From positions 2,115,181 to 2,179,180 of the forward strand of contig CP013099.1 in assembly GCA_001447805.1 (NCBI GenBank): a stretch of DNA of 64,000 nt, written 5' to 3'. This DNA comes from Candidatus Tenderia electrophaga. Its GTDB lineage: Bacteria > Pseudomonadota > Gammaproteobacteria > Tenderiales > Tenderiaceae. The notes beneath the pieces were generated by a model. The model was given only the letters and a program-made list of their open reading frames with translations, made no database searches and was not told the DNA's origin. This document shows, one piece after another, positions 28,569 to 38,851 of the stretch (the first letter of the stretch is position 1; every line of letters starts with the position of its first letter). A program made the position numbers and the translations under genes.

Positions 28569-31500
28569 ATGATTCATAACACACCCCCCTCTACCCTCTC
28601 GTCCAGCCGCGCGGCGATCAACCAGGCCTATCTGATGGACGAGGATGCCCACCTCAACACCCTGCTGGCAGCCCTGCATCTGGACCAGGATCAGCAGGCC
28701 CGCATCGAGGACATCGCCCGGGAACTGGTGGTGGAGCTGCGCCGGGTCAAGACCAGCAAGGGCGGCATCAGCGCCTTGTTGCAGGAGTACGACCTGAGCT
28801 CACAGGAAGGGGTAATGCTGATGTGCCTGGCCGAGGCGCTGCTGCGCGTCCCGGATTCCGAAACCGCCGACCGGCTGATCCGCGACAAACTGTCCCAGGC
28901 CGAGTGGGACACCCACCTGGGCAAGAGTCATTCCGTGTTCGTCAACGCCTCCACCTGGGGGCTGTTGCTGACCGGCCACATCGTCCAGCTGGCGCCCGAG
29001 ATGGTGCACGAAAGCAGCTCGTTTTTTTCGCGCCTGGTGAGCCGCAGCGGCGAACCGGTAATCCGCATGGCCATCAAGCGGGCCATGAAGATCATCGGTC
29101 AGCAATTCATCATGGGGACCAGTATCGACCAGGCCATTCAGCGGAGTCAGGCAAGCGACAACCGGCTGTTCCGCTACTCATTTGATATGTTGGGCGAGGC
29201 GGCCCTGACCGCGGCCGACGCGCAGACATATTTCGATGCCTACCTCAACGCCATCCACACCCTGGGCGAGCACGCCGCTAAAAGCCACGATGCGCTGTTC
29301 GCCAATCCCGGCATTTCGGTAAAACTATCGGCCCTGCATCCGCGCTATGAATACACCCAGCGCGAGCGCGTGGTAAAGGAACTGCCGCCGCGTCTGCTGC
29401 AACTGGCCCGGGCGGCCAAGCAGGCCAATATCAACCTGACCGTGGACGCGGAAGAGGCGGATCGCCTCGAGCTGTCCCTGGATATTTTTGAACAAGTCGT
29501 GTTGGATGAGTCGCTCACGGCCTGGGACGGTTTCGGCCTGGCACTGCAGGCCTATCAAAAGCGTGCCGTCTTCGTCATCGACTGGCTCGCCGAACTCAGT
29601 CACCGCAGCGCTCATCGCATCCCCATTCGTCTTGTCAAAGGCGCCTACTGGGACACGGAGATCAAGCGCGCCCAGGAGCAGGGCCTGCCCGACTACCCCG
29701 TGTTCAGCCGCAAGTGCTCCACCGACACCGCCTACCTGGCCTGCGCCCAGCGCATTCTGAATTGCGGCAGCGCCTTTTATCCCCAGTTCGCCACCCACAA
29801 TGCCCATACCCTGGCCAGCATCGTGGTGATGGCCGGCGACCGGGATTACGAATTCCAGCGCCTGCACGGCATGGGCGAAGGCCTGTACCGCATGGCCATC
29901 GAACAGCAACAGCTGACCCGTTACTGCCGCGTCTATGCCCCGGTGGGCAGCCACGAAGAACTGCTGCCCTACCTGGTGCGGCGGCTGTTGGAAAACGGCG
30001 CCAACACCTCCTTTGTCAATCAGATCGTCGACGCGCACACGCCGGTGGAACAAATCATCGCCAACCCCATTCATGAGACTGAGGTACTGCAGCAGAAACG
30101 CCATCCGCGTATCCCCCTGCCGCGCGACATCTATGCGCCGCAGCGTTTCAATTCCGGCGGGATCAACCTCAGCGACCCTGAGGCCCTGGCCGAACTGGAT
30201 CAAGGTCTGGAAGACGCTATGTGTAAATCCTGGATCGCCGCACCCATCGTCGGCGGTCAGACCCTTGCGGGGAAACACCGCACCGTGAGCAGCCCCGCCA
30301 ATCGCGAGCACACCATCGGCGAAGTACATCTGGCCGATCACGAGGCGGTGCAGCAGGCCTTGAGCCTGGCCCATGCCCACGCCACCGACTGGAACCATAC
30401 CGCGGCGGAACAGCGCGCCGAGATCCTGGACCAGGTGGCCAACATGCTGGAGCGCAATCGCTACGAACTCATGGCCCTGGCCATACGCGAAGGCGGCCGT
30501 ACACTCCGCGACGCGCTGAGCGAGGTGCGCGAGGCCATCGACTTTTGTCGTTACTACGCCGCCCGCGCGCGCGCGGATTTCGCCCAAGCGATCGAATTGC
30601 CGGGCGTCACCGGCGAACGCAACGAGCTGCGCTTAAGCGGCCGCGGCGCGTTCGTCTGCATCAGCCCGTGGAATTTCCCCGTCGCCATTTTCACCGGCCA
30701 GATCGCCGCCGCCCTGGCGGCGGGCAACAGCGTCATCGCCAAGCCGGCCGGGGCGACTTCATTGACCGGGGCGAAAATCATCAGTTTTATGCACCAGGCC
30801 GGGGTGCCGACCGAGGTGCTGCACTTCCTGCCCGGCGGCGGCGCCGAGATCGGCATGGCGCTGGTGCGCGACCCGCGCACCGCCGGCGTCGCCTTTACCG
30901 GCTCTACCGATACCGCGCGGCAGATCAACCAGGCCCTGGCGCAGCGCGACATCATCATCCCTTTCATCGCCGAGACCGGCGGCCAGAACGCCATGATCGT
31001 GGACAGCTCGGCACTGCCGGAGCAGGTGGTGGCCGACGCGCTCGAGTCCGCCTTCGACAGTGCCGGTCAACGCTGCTCGGCGCTGCGGGTGTTGTTCGTG
31101 CAAGAGGACGTGGCGCCGCGCATACTGGAACTGCTGAGCGGCGCCATGGAGGAACTGGTCATCGGCGATCCGGCACTGATCAATACCGACGTCGGCCCGG
31201 TGATCAACGACAAGGCCAAGGCGGGCCTGCAGCAGCATGTGGAACGTATGCGTCAGGAGGCGAACTTGGTCAAGACCGTGCCCCTGCCCGCGCATTGCAA
31301 CAACGGCTCGTTTTTTGCGCCGCACGCCTTCGAGATCGACACCCTGGATCAACTCAGCCACGAAGTATTCGGCCCGGTGCTGCACATCATTCGCTATCCG
31401 GCCAATCAACTGCATAACGTCGTCGAGGCCATCAATAATACCCGCTACGGCCTGACCCTGGGCATTCACAGCCGCATCGACGCCACGGCGCAGTATATCG

Positions 31501-31724
31501 CCCGCCACGCGCGTTGCGGCAATACCTATGTCAATCGCAATATGATCGGTGCCGTAGTGGGCACCCAGCCCTTCGGCGGCGAGGGATTATCGGGCACCGG
31601 CCCCAAGGCCGGCGGACCCCATTATCTGCACCGCTTTGCCAGCGAACGGGTGTTGACCATCAACACCACCGCGGTGGGGGGCAATGCCAGCCTGCTGTCC
31701 ATTGGCGAAGACGATGAATCCTAG
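28569..31724 (+). CDS. putA: bifunctional proline dehydrogenase / L-glutamate gamma-semialdehyde dehydrogenase PutA (short form, no RHH DNA-binding domain)
   Basis: 1051 aa with PRODH (beta/alpha)8 barrel region then ALDH domain (catalytic Cys in ...GQRCSA...). Starts directly with the arm/PRODH region. Confidence 0.93.
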   Translation: MIHNTPPSTLSSSRAAINQAYLMDEDAHLNTLLAALHLDQDQQARIEDIARELVVELRRVKTSKGGISALLQEYDLSSQEGVMLMCLAEALLRVPDSETADRLIRDKLSQAEWDTHLGKSHSVFVNASTWGLLLTGHIVQLAPEMVHESSSFFSRLVSRSGEPVIRMAIKRAMKIIGQQFIMGTSIDQAIQRSQASDNRLFRYSFDMLGEAALTAADAQTYFDAYLNAIHTLGEHAAKSHDALFANPGISVKLSALHPRYEYTQRERVVKELPPRLLQLARAAKQANINLTVDAEEADRLELSLDIFEQVVLDESLTAWDGFGLALQAYQKRAVFVIDWLAELSHRSAHRIPIRLVKGAYWDTEIKRAQEQGLPDYPVFSRKCSTDTAYLACAQRILNCGSAFYPQFATHNAHTLASIVVMAGDRDYEFQRLHGMGEGLYRMAIEQQQLTRYCRVYAPVGSHEELLPYLVRRLLENGANTSFVNQIVDAHTPVEQIIANPIHETEVLQQKRHPRIPLPRDIYAPQRFNSGGINLSDPEALAELDQGLEDAMCKSWIAAPIVGGQTLAGKHRTVSSPANREHTIGEVHLADHEAVQQALSLAHAHATDWNHTAAEQRAEILDQVANMLERNRYELMALAIREGGRTLRDALSEVREAIDFCRYYAARARADFAQAIELPGVTGERNELRLSGRGAFVCISPWNFPVAIFTGQIAAALAAGNSVIAKPAGATSLTGAKIISFMHQAGVPTEVLHFLPGGGAEIGMALVRDPRTAGVAFTGSTDTARQINQALAQRDIIIPFIAETGGQNAMIVDSSALPEQVVADALESAFDSAGQRCSALRVLFVQEDVAPRILELLSGAMEELVIGDPALINTDVGPVINDKAKAGLQQHVERMRQEANLVKTVPLPAHCNNGSFFAPHAFEIDTLDQLSHEVFGPVLHIIRYPANQLHNVVEAINNTRYGLTLGIHSRIDATAQYIARHARCGNTYVNRNMIGAVVGTQPFGGEGLSGTGPKAGGPHYLHRFASERVLTINTTAVGGNASLLSIGEDDES

Positions 31725-32113
31725 GGCAGATGCTCGCCCAGCGGCGCTTCGATAAACTCCAGAGCATTGCCGTCCAGGTCGCGGCAAAACAAGGCCTTGC
31801 GACCGGATTTGCTGCGCGTATAGACGGCGCCGGCGTCATCCAGGCGCTGACACAAGGCTTCAAGGTCTGCCACTGCGAAGGCGATGTGCCGATCACGGCC
31901 GCCATGCTCGGGGCGTCCCGTCACCGGATCGGGGTTGGGCACTTGCATCAAATGCAGCTGCTGCTGACCCACGTCGAACCAGACGCCGGGATATCCCAGA
32001 TCGGGCCGATCCGGATTAAGCGTCAAACCAAGCACTTGACAATAAAACTTCACCGACTTGTCTACGTCGGCCACAATTACCGTGGCATGCAAAATCGATT
32101 GTATGTTGGACAT
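31721..32113 (-). CDS. VOC family (glyoxalase/bleomycin-resistance fold) protein
   Basis: Start at MSNIQSILHATVIVADVDKS; 130 aa. 4-nt convergent overlap with putA stop. Upstream 19-aa extension rejected. Confidence 0.75.
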   Translation of the reverse strand: MSNIQSILHATVIVADVDKSVKFYCQVLGLTLNPDRPDLGYPGVWFDVGQQQLHLMQVPNPDPVTGRPEHGGRDRHIAFAVADLEALCQRLDDAGAVYTRSKSGRKALFCRDLDGNALEFIEAPLGEHLP

Positions 32114-32186
32114 AAGGCACCTGTTGGACTGATTACTTTCCCCGCTCAACATTGTAGAGTAAAGCGACAATTAAAGGAGCCAAGCC

Positions 32187-33143
32187 ATGTTGGGTGTGTT
32201 TCTCGATCGTGACAGCCTGGATCGCGGTGATTTAGACTTCTCCGCGCTGGACACTCTCAGTGACGACTGGCGCTTCTACGGCGTCACTCGGCCGGACGAC
32301 CTGGCCGAACGCATCTGCGACGCCCGGATCATCGTCAGCAATAAGGTGGTGATTGACGCCTCCGCCTTCGAGGCCGCGCCCAAGCTGCAACTGATTTGCA
32401 TCGCCGCCACCGGCTATAACAATGTGGACCTGGAGGCCGCCCGGCGCCACGGCGTGACCGTCTGCAACGTGCGCGGCTACGCCACGGCGTCGGTCAGCCA
32501 ACATGTCTTCGCACTGATTCTGTCCCTGTCCATTCACCTGGGCGGCTACCGCCGGGCGGTGATGAAGGGCGAATGGCAGCGCAGTCCGCACTTCTGTCTG
32601 CTCGACTATCCCATCGAAGAACTGGCCGGCAAAACACTCGGCATCATCGGCCACGGTGAACTGGGCCACGCCGTGGCGCGTCTGGGCGAGGCCTTCGGTA
32701 TGCATGTGCTCATCAGCGAGCACCGTGGTGGCGCGCCGCGTCCCGGCCGGGTGGCCTTCGAACAGGTGTTGGCGGACGCGGATGTGCTTACCCTGCACTG
32801 CCCGCTGACGGCGCAGACCCGCGGCCTGATCGGCACGAGCGAGATTCAACAGATGAAGCCCGGCGCCGTTCTCATCAACACCGCACGTGGCGGGATTGTC
32901 GACGAACAGGCCCTCGTCGATGCCCTGCGCGACGGCCGACTAGCGGGCGCCGGGGTGGACGTGCTCACCGAGGAGCCGCCGCTGCACGGCAACCCCCTGC
33001 TCGCCGACGACATCCCCAATCTCATCCTCACTCCGCATATCGCCTGGGCCAGTCGCAACGCGCGTCAACGTCTGTTGGACGCGATCGGCGCCAACATCGG
33101 CGCCTTCTTGGCTGGCACGCCGCGCAACGTCGTGAGTACATGA
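32187..33143 (+). CDS. D-isomer-specific 2-hydroxyacid dehydrogenase (glycerate dehydrogenase/hydroxypyruvate reductase-like)
   Basis: NAD-binding GxGxxG (GIIGHGELG), catalytic R/E/H triad context (NTARGGIVD..., TPHIAW); 318 aa. Confidence 0.85.
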   Translation: MLGVFLDRDSLDRGDLDFSALDTLSDDWRFYGVTRPDDLAERICDARIIVSNKVVIDASAFEAAPKLQLICIAATGYNNVDLEAARRHGVTVCNVRGYATASVSQHVFALILSLSIHLGGYRRAVMKGEWQRSPHFCLLDYPIEELAGKTLGIIGHGELGHAVARLGEAFGMHVLISEHRGGAPRPGRVAFEQVLADADVLTLHCPLTAQTRGLIGTSEIQQMKPGAVLINTARGGIVDEQALVDALRDGRLAGAGVDVLTEEPPLHGNPLLADDIPNLILTPHIAWASRNARQRLLDAIGANIGAFLAGTPRNVVST

Positions 33144-34570
33144 GCGCTTATTACCTCGCCATCGATCAAGGCGGCCATGCCAGCCGCGCGATTGTCTTCG
33201 ATGCCGCGGGCAACCCTGTCAGCCAGGCCGAGCAGTCTATTCAAACCCACACCCCGCGGGTGGGTTGGGTGGAACACGACGCCGCGGCACTGGTCCAGGC
33301 CACGCGCGCGGCCATCCACCGGGCGCTTGCACCGCTGGGGGACAATAAACGGCACATCCAAGCAGCAGGCCTGGCGACCCAGCGCGCCAGCATCGCCTGT
33401 TGGCATAAAACCAGCGGCGCGGCACTGGCGCCCATCCTGAGTTGGCAGGACCGGCGCCACGCCCAATGGTTGGAACGGCTGCACGCACACAGCGAAACCA
33501 TACATGCCAAAACCGGTCTGTTCCTGTCGCCCCACTACGGCGCCAGCAAGATGCGCTGGTGTCTGGATAATCTCGATGAAGTCAAACATGCCCGGCAACA
33601 AGGACAGCTGGTGATCGGCCCGCTGGCCAGCTTCCTGGCCTGGCAGCTGGTGAAACAACGGCCGCTACTCGCCGATCCGGCCAATGCCTCGCGCACCTTG
33701 TTGTGGAACCTGCAGCGCGGCGACTGGGATGACGACTTACTGGAACTGTTCGGCATCCCCAAAGCCATCCTGCCGCCCTGTGTGGCCAGTCGCGCGGCGG
33801 TCGGGCAGCTGGACATCGACGCACTCAGCATTCCGCTTGAGGTGATCACCGGCGACCAATCCGCCGCCCTGTTCGCCTGGGGCCGGCCGCAGGCGGAGGC
33901 CTGTTATATCAATGTAGGCACCGGGGCCTTCGTTCAACGCGCCATGAACACCCTCCCGAACGCCAAACGTTTGCTCAGCGGTATCGCTTATCAGGATGAC
34001 TCACAGACCTGGTTCACCTTGGAGGGCACGGTCAACGGCGCCGCCCGCGCCCTGCAATGGTATGGTGAAAAACACGGAATCACGAACATCGAGCAGTGCG
34101 TGACCGAGGCATTGGCCAGCGCAGCCATACCGGCGCTGTTTATCAACACGGTGGTCGGCTTGGGCTCACCCGACTGGCACAGCCAACTCGAGCCACGGTT
34201 CGTAGGCAGTCACAATCGCGCCGCACAACTGCTGGGCATTGTGGAAAGCATTGTGTTTTTAATCCAACGCAACCTGGATGAAATGCGCCACTGCACGGCT
34301 GCCGCGCAACACATCATTATCAGCGGCGGATTGGCCAAGCTGGACCGGCTGTGCCAGAGCCTTGCCGACCTAAGCAAGCGCCCGGTGAAACGCCCGCCCC
34401 TCCATGAGGCGACGGCAAGCGGCCTGGCCTACCTGGTGGCGCAACCCTCCGGCAAGTGGTGCGCGGGGGAGGGTTCCCGGACCTTTTTACCGCATACCCA
34501 TGCGGCGCTCGAGCAACGCTATAGCGACTGGAGTCGAGAGCTGCAGCGCTCGATCGCCGACAAGGCTTGA
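33140..34570 (+). CDS. FGGY-family carbohydrate kinase
   Basis: 476 aa, N-terminal LAIDQGGHASRAIVFD (actin-like ATPase phosphate-1 motif), FGGY C-terminal domain. 4-nt overlap with preceding gene. Confidence 0.85.
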   Translation: MSAYYLAIDQGGHASRAIVFDAAGNPVSQAEQSIQTHTPRVGWVEHDAAALVQATRAAIHRALAPLGDNKRHIQAAGLATQRASIACWHKTSGAALAPILSWQDRRHAQWLERLHAHSETIHAKTGLFLSPHYGASKMRWCLDNLDEVKHARQQGQLVIGPLASFLAWQLVKQRPLLADPANASRTLLWNLQRGDWDDDLLELFGIPKAILPPCVASRAAVGQLDIDALSIPLEVITGDQSAALFAWGRPQAEACYINVGTGAFVQRAMNTLPNAKRLLSGIAYQDDSQTWFTLEGTVNGAARALQWYGEKHGITNIEQCVTEALASAAIPALFINTVVGLGSPDWHSQLEPRFVGSHNRAAQLLGIVESIVFLIQRNLDEMRHCTAAAQHIIISGGLAKLDRLCQSLADLSKRPVKRPPLHEATASGLAYLVAQPSGKWCAGEGSRTFLPHTHAALEQRYSDWSRELQRSIADKA

Positions 34571-34689
34571 AATGCCCGGTTGAATTCAATATGTTACCCT
34601 TCATCAGTGCGAAGGTCGGCATTTCAAACAATAATAAACCACGGCGTCGTTGGTTAACGCGCCGTTCTTCAAGGACGATATATAGCGCT

Positions 34690-35448
34690 ATGGAACCACC
34701 TATTCTGATCGCCCATCGCGGCTACGCCAAGAAATTCCCGGAAAACACCTTGGTCGCCATCCAGGCGGCACTGGATGCAGGCGCATGCGGCGTGGAGTTC
34801 GATGTGCAGTTCACCAAAGACGGCGTACCGGTCTTGTTGCACGATGCCAATCTGAAACGCACCACCGGCACCAACAAGCGCATCACCAGTATAGAACATG
34901 CCCAGGTGCACGAAATTACAGTCAATGAAGCCCAACAACGCCCGAAAAAATTCGGCAATGTGGGTATCCCGACGCTGGCCTCAGTGGTGGAATTGTTCAT
35001 CGATTATCCCAAGCGCCACGCCTTTGTAGAAATCAAGCAGGAATCCATCGACGCCTTTGGTATTGAAAAGGTGATCAAAACCCTGGCCACCCTGTGCCAG
35101 CCCATTATCGACCGTTGCACCCTGATCGGTTATGACGATCTCGCGCTGCGTTGTTCGCGCGCCATGGGATTCAAATCCATCGGCTGGGTGTTGAAAAAAT
35201 ACAATGACGAATCGCGCATCCGGGCCACCGAACTGGCCCCCGATTTTCTCTTCTGCAATCACACCAAGCTCCCCAAAAAAACCACAGACATCTGGCCCGG
35301 TCCCTGGCATTGGGTGTTTTACGAAGTCACCCATGTCAAACAAGCGCTGCAGCTGTTGGAGCTGGGCGCAGAATATCTGGAGACCATGGCCATCGCCGAA
35401 CTCATGAAGAGCAAACAGTTGCGGGCGCGCCATTGCGGTGAAGCCTGA
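34690..35448 (+). CDS. glycerophosphodiester phosphodiesterase (GDPD) family protein
   Basis: Start at MEPPILIAHRGY (HR catalytic motif), EFDVQFTKDGVPVLLHD metal-binding motif. Track ORF start 34567 gives a non-homologous 41-aa extension and is rejected. Confidence 0.8.
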   Translation: MEPPILIAHRGYAKKFPENTLVAIQAALDAGACGVEFDVQFTKDGVPVLLHDANLKRTTGTNKRITSIEHAQVHEITVNEAQQRPKKFGNVGIPTLASVVELFIDYPKRHAFVEIKQESIDAFGIEKVIKTLATLCQPIIDRCTLIGYDDLALRCSRAMGFKSIGWVLKKYNDESRIRATELAPDFLFCNHTKLPKKTTDIWPGPWHWVFYEVTHVKQALQLLELGAEYLETMAIAELMKSKQLRARHCGEA

Positions 35449-36637
35449 GTCGAGTGTGTCCTCCCCTTATTACGACATCATCATCATCGGGGGCGGCATT
35501 CACGGCGCCGGTGTCGCCCAGGCGGCCGCGGCACGGGGGTATTCGGTGCTGGTCCTGGAACAATCCGCCATCGCCGCCGGCACCTCGAGCCGCTCCAGCA
35601 AATTAATTCACGGCGGTCTGCGCTATCTGGAGAGCGCCCAATTCAACCTGGTGCGCGAATGCCTGTATGAACGCGCGCTACTGCTCAAAAACGCACCCGA
35701 TCTGGTGCAACTCAAACCGTTCTATATTCCGGTGTATTCCGAGACCAGCCGCAGCGCCTGGCAGATTCGCGCCGGCTTGTCGCTTTACGGCACTCTGGGC
35801 GGTCTGAGCAATGCCACTCGTTTCCAGAGTGTCGCCATGCGTGAATGGGGCAAACTCGACGGTCTGGATTTGGAAGATCTGCAAAAGGTGTTTCGTTATT
35901 ACGACGCCCAGACCGATGACAAGTTACTCACCGAAGCGGTCATGCGTTCCGCTCAGTCCCTCGGCGCCGAGCTGCAAATGCCCGCTAAATTTATCGCCGC
36001 CGAGCGGCGCGGCCAAGCTTATGTAGTGCACTACCAAACCGAGTTTAAACAGTTCGAATGCGAAACCGCCCTGCTCGTCAATGCCGGCGGCCCGTGGGTC
36101 AATGAAGTGCTGCAGCACGTGACGCCGACCATACACGCCCTGGCGATCGACTTGATCCAGGGCACCCATATCATTCTGGACGGCACCGTCAATCAAGGCA
36201 TCTATTATATGGAAGCGCCGGAGGACAAACGCGCCGTCTTCGTCATGCCTTGGAAGGATAAATTGATGGTGGGCACCACCGAGAGTTTGTTCCGTGGCAA
36301 TCCGTCCAAGGTGATCCCCTTGGCCAAGGAAAAATCTTACCTATTGCAGACCCTGGGCTATTATTTCCCGCGCTACCGTTTCACGACGCATAAGGAGATC
36401 CTGTCCTCTTTCGCTGGTCTGCGTGTACTGCCCAAAATCGACGGCATCCCCTTCTCACGCCCGCGCGACACTCTGTTTCATACCGATACACCGCAACAGC
36501 CGCGATTGGTGAGCATTTACGGCGGCAAGCTCACGGCCTACCGCGCCACTGCCGAAAGACTGATGCACCGATTCAGCTTCGTGCTGCCCGAACGCAAGGC
36601 AATGGGCGATACCCGTAAGCTGCCCTTGACTCCCTAA
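35438..36637 (+). CDS. FAD-dependent glycerol-3-phosphate dehydrogenase/oxidase-like protein (short, 399 aa)
   Basis: N-terminal dinucleotide-binding motif DIIIIGGGIHGAGVA. GlpD/GlpO-like core without the C-terminal domain. 11-nt overlap with GDPD. Confidence 0.8.
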   Translation: MKPESSVSSPYYDIIIIGGGIHGAGVAQAAAARGYSVLVLEQSAIAAGTSSRSSKLIHGGLRYLESAQFNLVRECLYERALLLKNAPDLVQLKPFYIPVYSETSRSAWQIRAGLSLYGTLGGLSNATRFQSVAMREWGKLDGLDLEDLQKVFRYYDAQTDDKLLTEAVMRSAQSLGAELQMPAKFIAAERRGQAYVVHYQTEFKQFECETALLVNAGGPWVNEVLQHVTPTIHALAIDLIQGTHIILDGTVNQGIYYMEAPEDKRAVFVMPWKDKLMVGTTESLFRGNPSKVIPLAKEKSYLLQTLGYYFPRYRFTTHKEILSSFAGLRVLPKIDGIPFSRPRDTLFHTDTPQQPRLVSIYGGKLTAYRATAERLMHRFSFVLPERKAMGDTRKLPLTP

Positions 36638-36692
36638 CAGCCCCGGTCGCATTGCAAGCGTAAAGCCAGTAAAATACGGGGCTTATCAATAT

Positions 36693-38678
36693 TTGCGGAA
36701 TGTGGCAATGAAAAGCCTCTGGGACGATAACGAAGCCAAACAATACGCAGGCGAGCTGAGCCAACGCGTCTACACATCGCGCCTGCTGGGGCGCGACACC
36801 TCCTTGGTGTTACACGGCGGCGGCAACACCTCGGTTAAAATCACTGCGACCAACCTGGTGGGCGAAGAGGAAGAACTGCTCTGTGTCAAAGGCAGCGGCT
36901 GGGACCTGGAGACCATCGACATCCCCGGCTTTCCCGCCGTCAAATTGGAGCATCTGATCAAACTCGCCAAGCTGGACTCGCTTTCCGATCCGCAGATGGT
37001 CAACGAACTGCGCACCCATATGACCGACGCCACCGCGCCCACCCCCTCGGTGGAGGCCATACTGCACGCCACGCTGCCCTACAAATATGTCGATCATACC
37101 CACGCCGACGCGGTGGTGACGGTATGCAATACGCCGCATGGGCTGGACAAGATCAAACAGATCTACGGCGACTCGGTGGTGATCGTGCCCTACATCATGC
37201 CGGGGTTTGACCTGGCACGGCAGTGCGCCATCGAATTCGCAAAGCAGCGCAATGAAGGCAGCATCGGCATGGTGCTAATGCACCACGGCATCTTTTCCTT
37301 CGGCGATACAGCACAGGAATCCTATCAACGCATGATCCGGCTGGTGGGCATGGCCGAGGATTACATACGCGAACATGGCGCATGGGAACTCGATTACGAC
37401 ACCCCGGCCAAAGACACCATCGCCCCCCTCGCCCTGGCGCAGCTGCGCCAGGATGTTTCCAAGGCCGCCGGCTTTCCGCTGCTACTCCGCAGTCAGCGCG
37501 ACGCCAAGGCCATGAGCTTCATCAACCGCAGTGATGTAGCCAAGATCTCGCAACAGGGCCCGGCTACGCCGGATCACGTCATCCGCACCAAGCGCCTGCC
37601 CCTGGTGGGGCGCGACGTGAAAAGCTATATCGCCGACTATAAGACCTATTTCGAGCAACACGCCCCCCGGGCGCGCGCGCCCAAGACCATGCTCGACCCG
37701 GCACCGCGCGTGATCCTGGATAAAGAACTGGGCATGGTCACGGCGGGCAAGAGCGCCAAAGAGGCGAAGATCGTCGCAGACATCTACGACCATACGATGG
37801 ATATTATTACGCGCGCCGAGCTGTTGGGTGGCTGGCAGGCCCTCCCGGCCAAGGACCTGTTCGACATGGAATACTGGGATCTGGAACAGGCCAAACTGCG
37901 CAAGGGCGGCAAGCCGCCGGTATTTCAGGGCGAGGCGGCCTTGGTCACCGGCGCCGCCTCGGGCATCGGTCGGGCCTGTGTCGACTCCATGCTGGCACGC
38001 GGCGCGGCGGTCATCGCGCTGGATATCGATCCCGCTATCGAGACCCTATTCGAGCGTTCCGACGTCCTCGGCATCGTCTGCGACGTGGGCAGTGAATCTC
38101 AGCTTCAAGCCGCGCTCAAACAGGGTGTCGCCACCTTCGGCGGCCTGGACATGCTGGTGCTGAACGCCGGCATCTTCCCCGGCGGCTGCCGTATCGACAA
38201 TCTGAGTTCCGAGGCGTGGCGCAAGGTCATGAACATCAATCTGGACGCCAACCTGATCCTGATGCGCGAGGCCTATCCCTATCTCAAACTGGCCCCCCAG
38301 GGCGGCCGCGTGGTGGCGATGGGCTCGAAGAACGTCCTGGCGCCGGGCCCCGGCGCGGTGGCCTACTCCGCCAGCAAGGCGGCATTGACCCAGATCACCC
38401 GCGTCGCGGCGCTGGAATGGGGCGCGGACAATATCCGCGTCAACACCCTGCATCCGGACTGCGTCTACGACACCGGCATCTGGACCGATGAAGTGCTGGC
38501 CGCGCGCGCCGAACATTACGGCTTGACGGTAGACGAATACAAAACCAAGAATGTGTTAAAAACAGAGGTCAGCAGCCACGACGTGGCGGAGCTGACGGCG
38601 GAGCTGTGCGGGCCGTTGTTCGCCAAGACCACGGCGGCGCAGTTGCCGATCGATGGGGGTAATGAACGAGTAATTTAA
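36693..38678 (+). CDS. bifunctional class II aldolase/adducin-domain plus short-chain dehydrogenase (rhamnulose-1-phosphate aldolase/SDR-like fusion)
   Basis: 661 aa. N-terminal ~400 aa class II aldolase fold; C-terminal SDR with TGAASGIGRA glycine motif and YSASKAA catalytic Tyr-Lys. Start may be 36708 (MKSLWDD). Confidence 0.85.
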   Translation: MRNVAMKSLWDDNEAKQYAGELSQRVYTSRLLGRDTSLVLHGGGNTSVKITATNLVGEEEELLCVKGSGWDLETIDIPGFPAVKLEHLIKLAKLDSLSDPQMVNELRTHMTDATAPTPSVEAILHATLPYKYVDHTHADAVVTVCNTPHGLDKIKQIYGDSVVIVPYIMPGFDLARQCAIEFAKQRNEGSIGMVLMHHGIFSFGDTAQESYQRMIRLVGMAEDYIREHGAWELDYDTPAKDTIAPLALAQLRQDVSKAAGFPLLLRSQRDAKAMSFINRSDVAKISQQGPATPDHVIRTKRLPLVGRDVKSYIADYKTYFEQHAPRARAPKTMLDPAPRVILDKELGMVTAGKSAKEAKIVADIYDHTMDIITRAELLGGWQALPAKDLFDMEYWDLEQAKLRKGGKPPVFQGEAALVTGAASGIGRACVDSMLARGAAVIALDIDPAIETLFERSDVLGIVCDVGSESQLQAALKQGVATFGGLDMLVLNAGIFPGGCRIDNLSSEAWRKVMNINLDANLILMREAYPYLKLAPQGGRVVAMGSKNVLAPGPGAVAYSASKAALTQITRVAALEWGADNIRVNTLHPDCVYDTGIWTDEVLAARAEHYGLTVDEYKTKNVLKTEVSSHDVAELTAELCGPLFAKTTAAQLPIDGGNERVI

Positions 38679-38851
38679 ACCTTGAACCGCAAAGGTCGCC
38701 AAGGAACGCAAAGAGAATATGAATTTTGGAGTTACAGGGAATCTACAATCTCAATTCTAAAACCACTTAATTATCACTTTCTCGAATTGACTTCGCGCAC
38801 CTTCGCGCCCTTTGCGGTTAAATTTCAAACATACAACATGGATCAGTAATA

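Noticed and set aside
29325-31508. Minus-strand ORFs 29325..30587 (420 aa), 30759..31508 (249 aa) and plus ORF 30545..31417
   Set aside because: Lie inside putA on the opposite strand or an alternative frame; putA homology is unambiguous.
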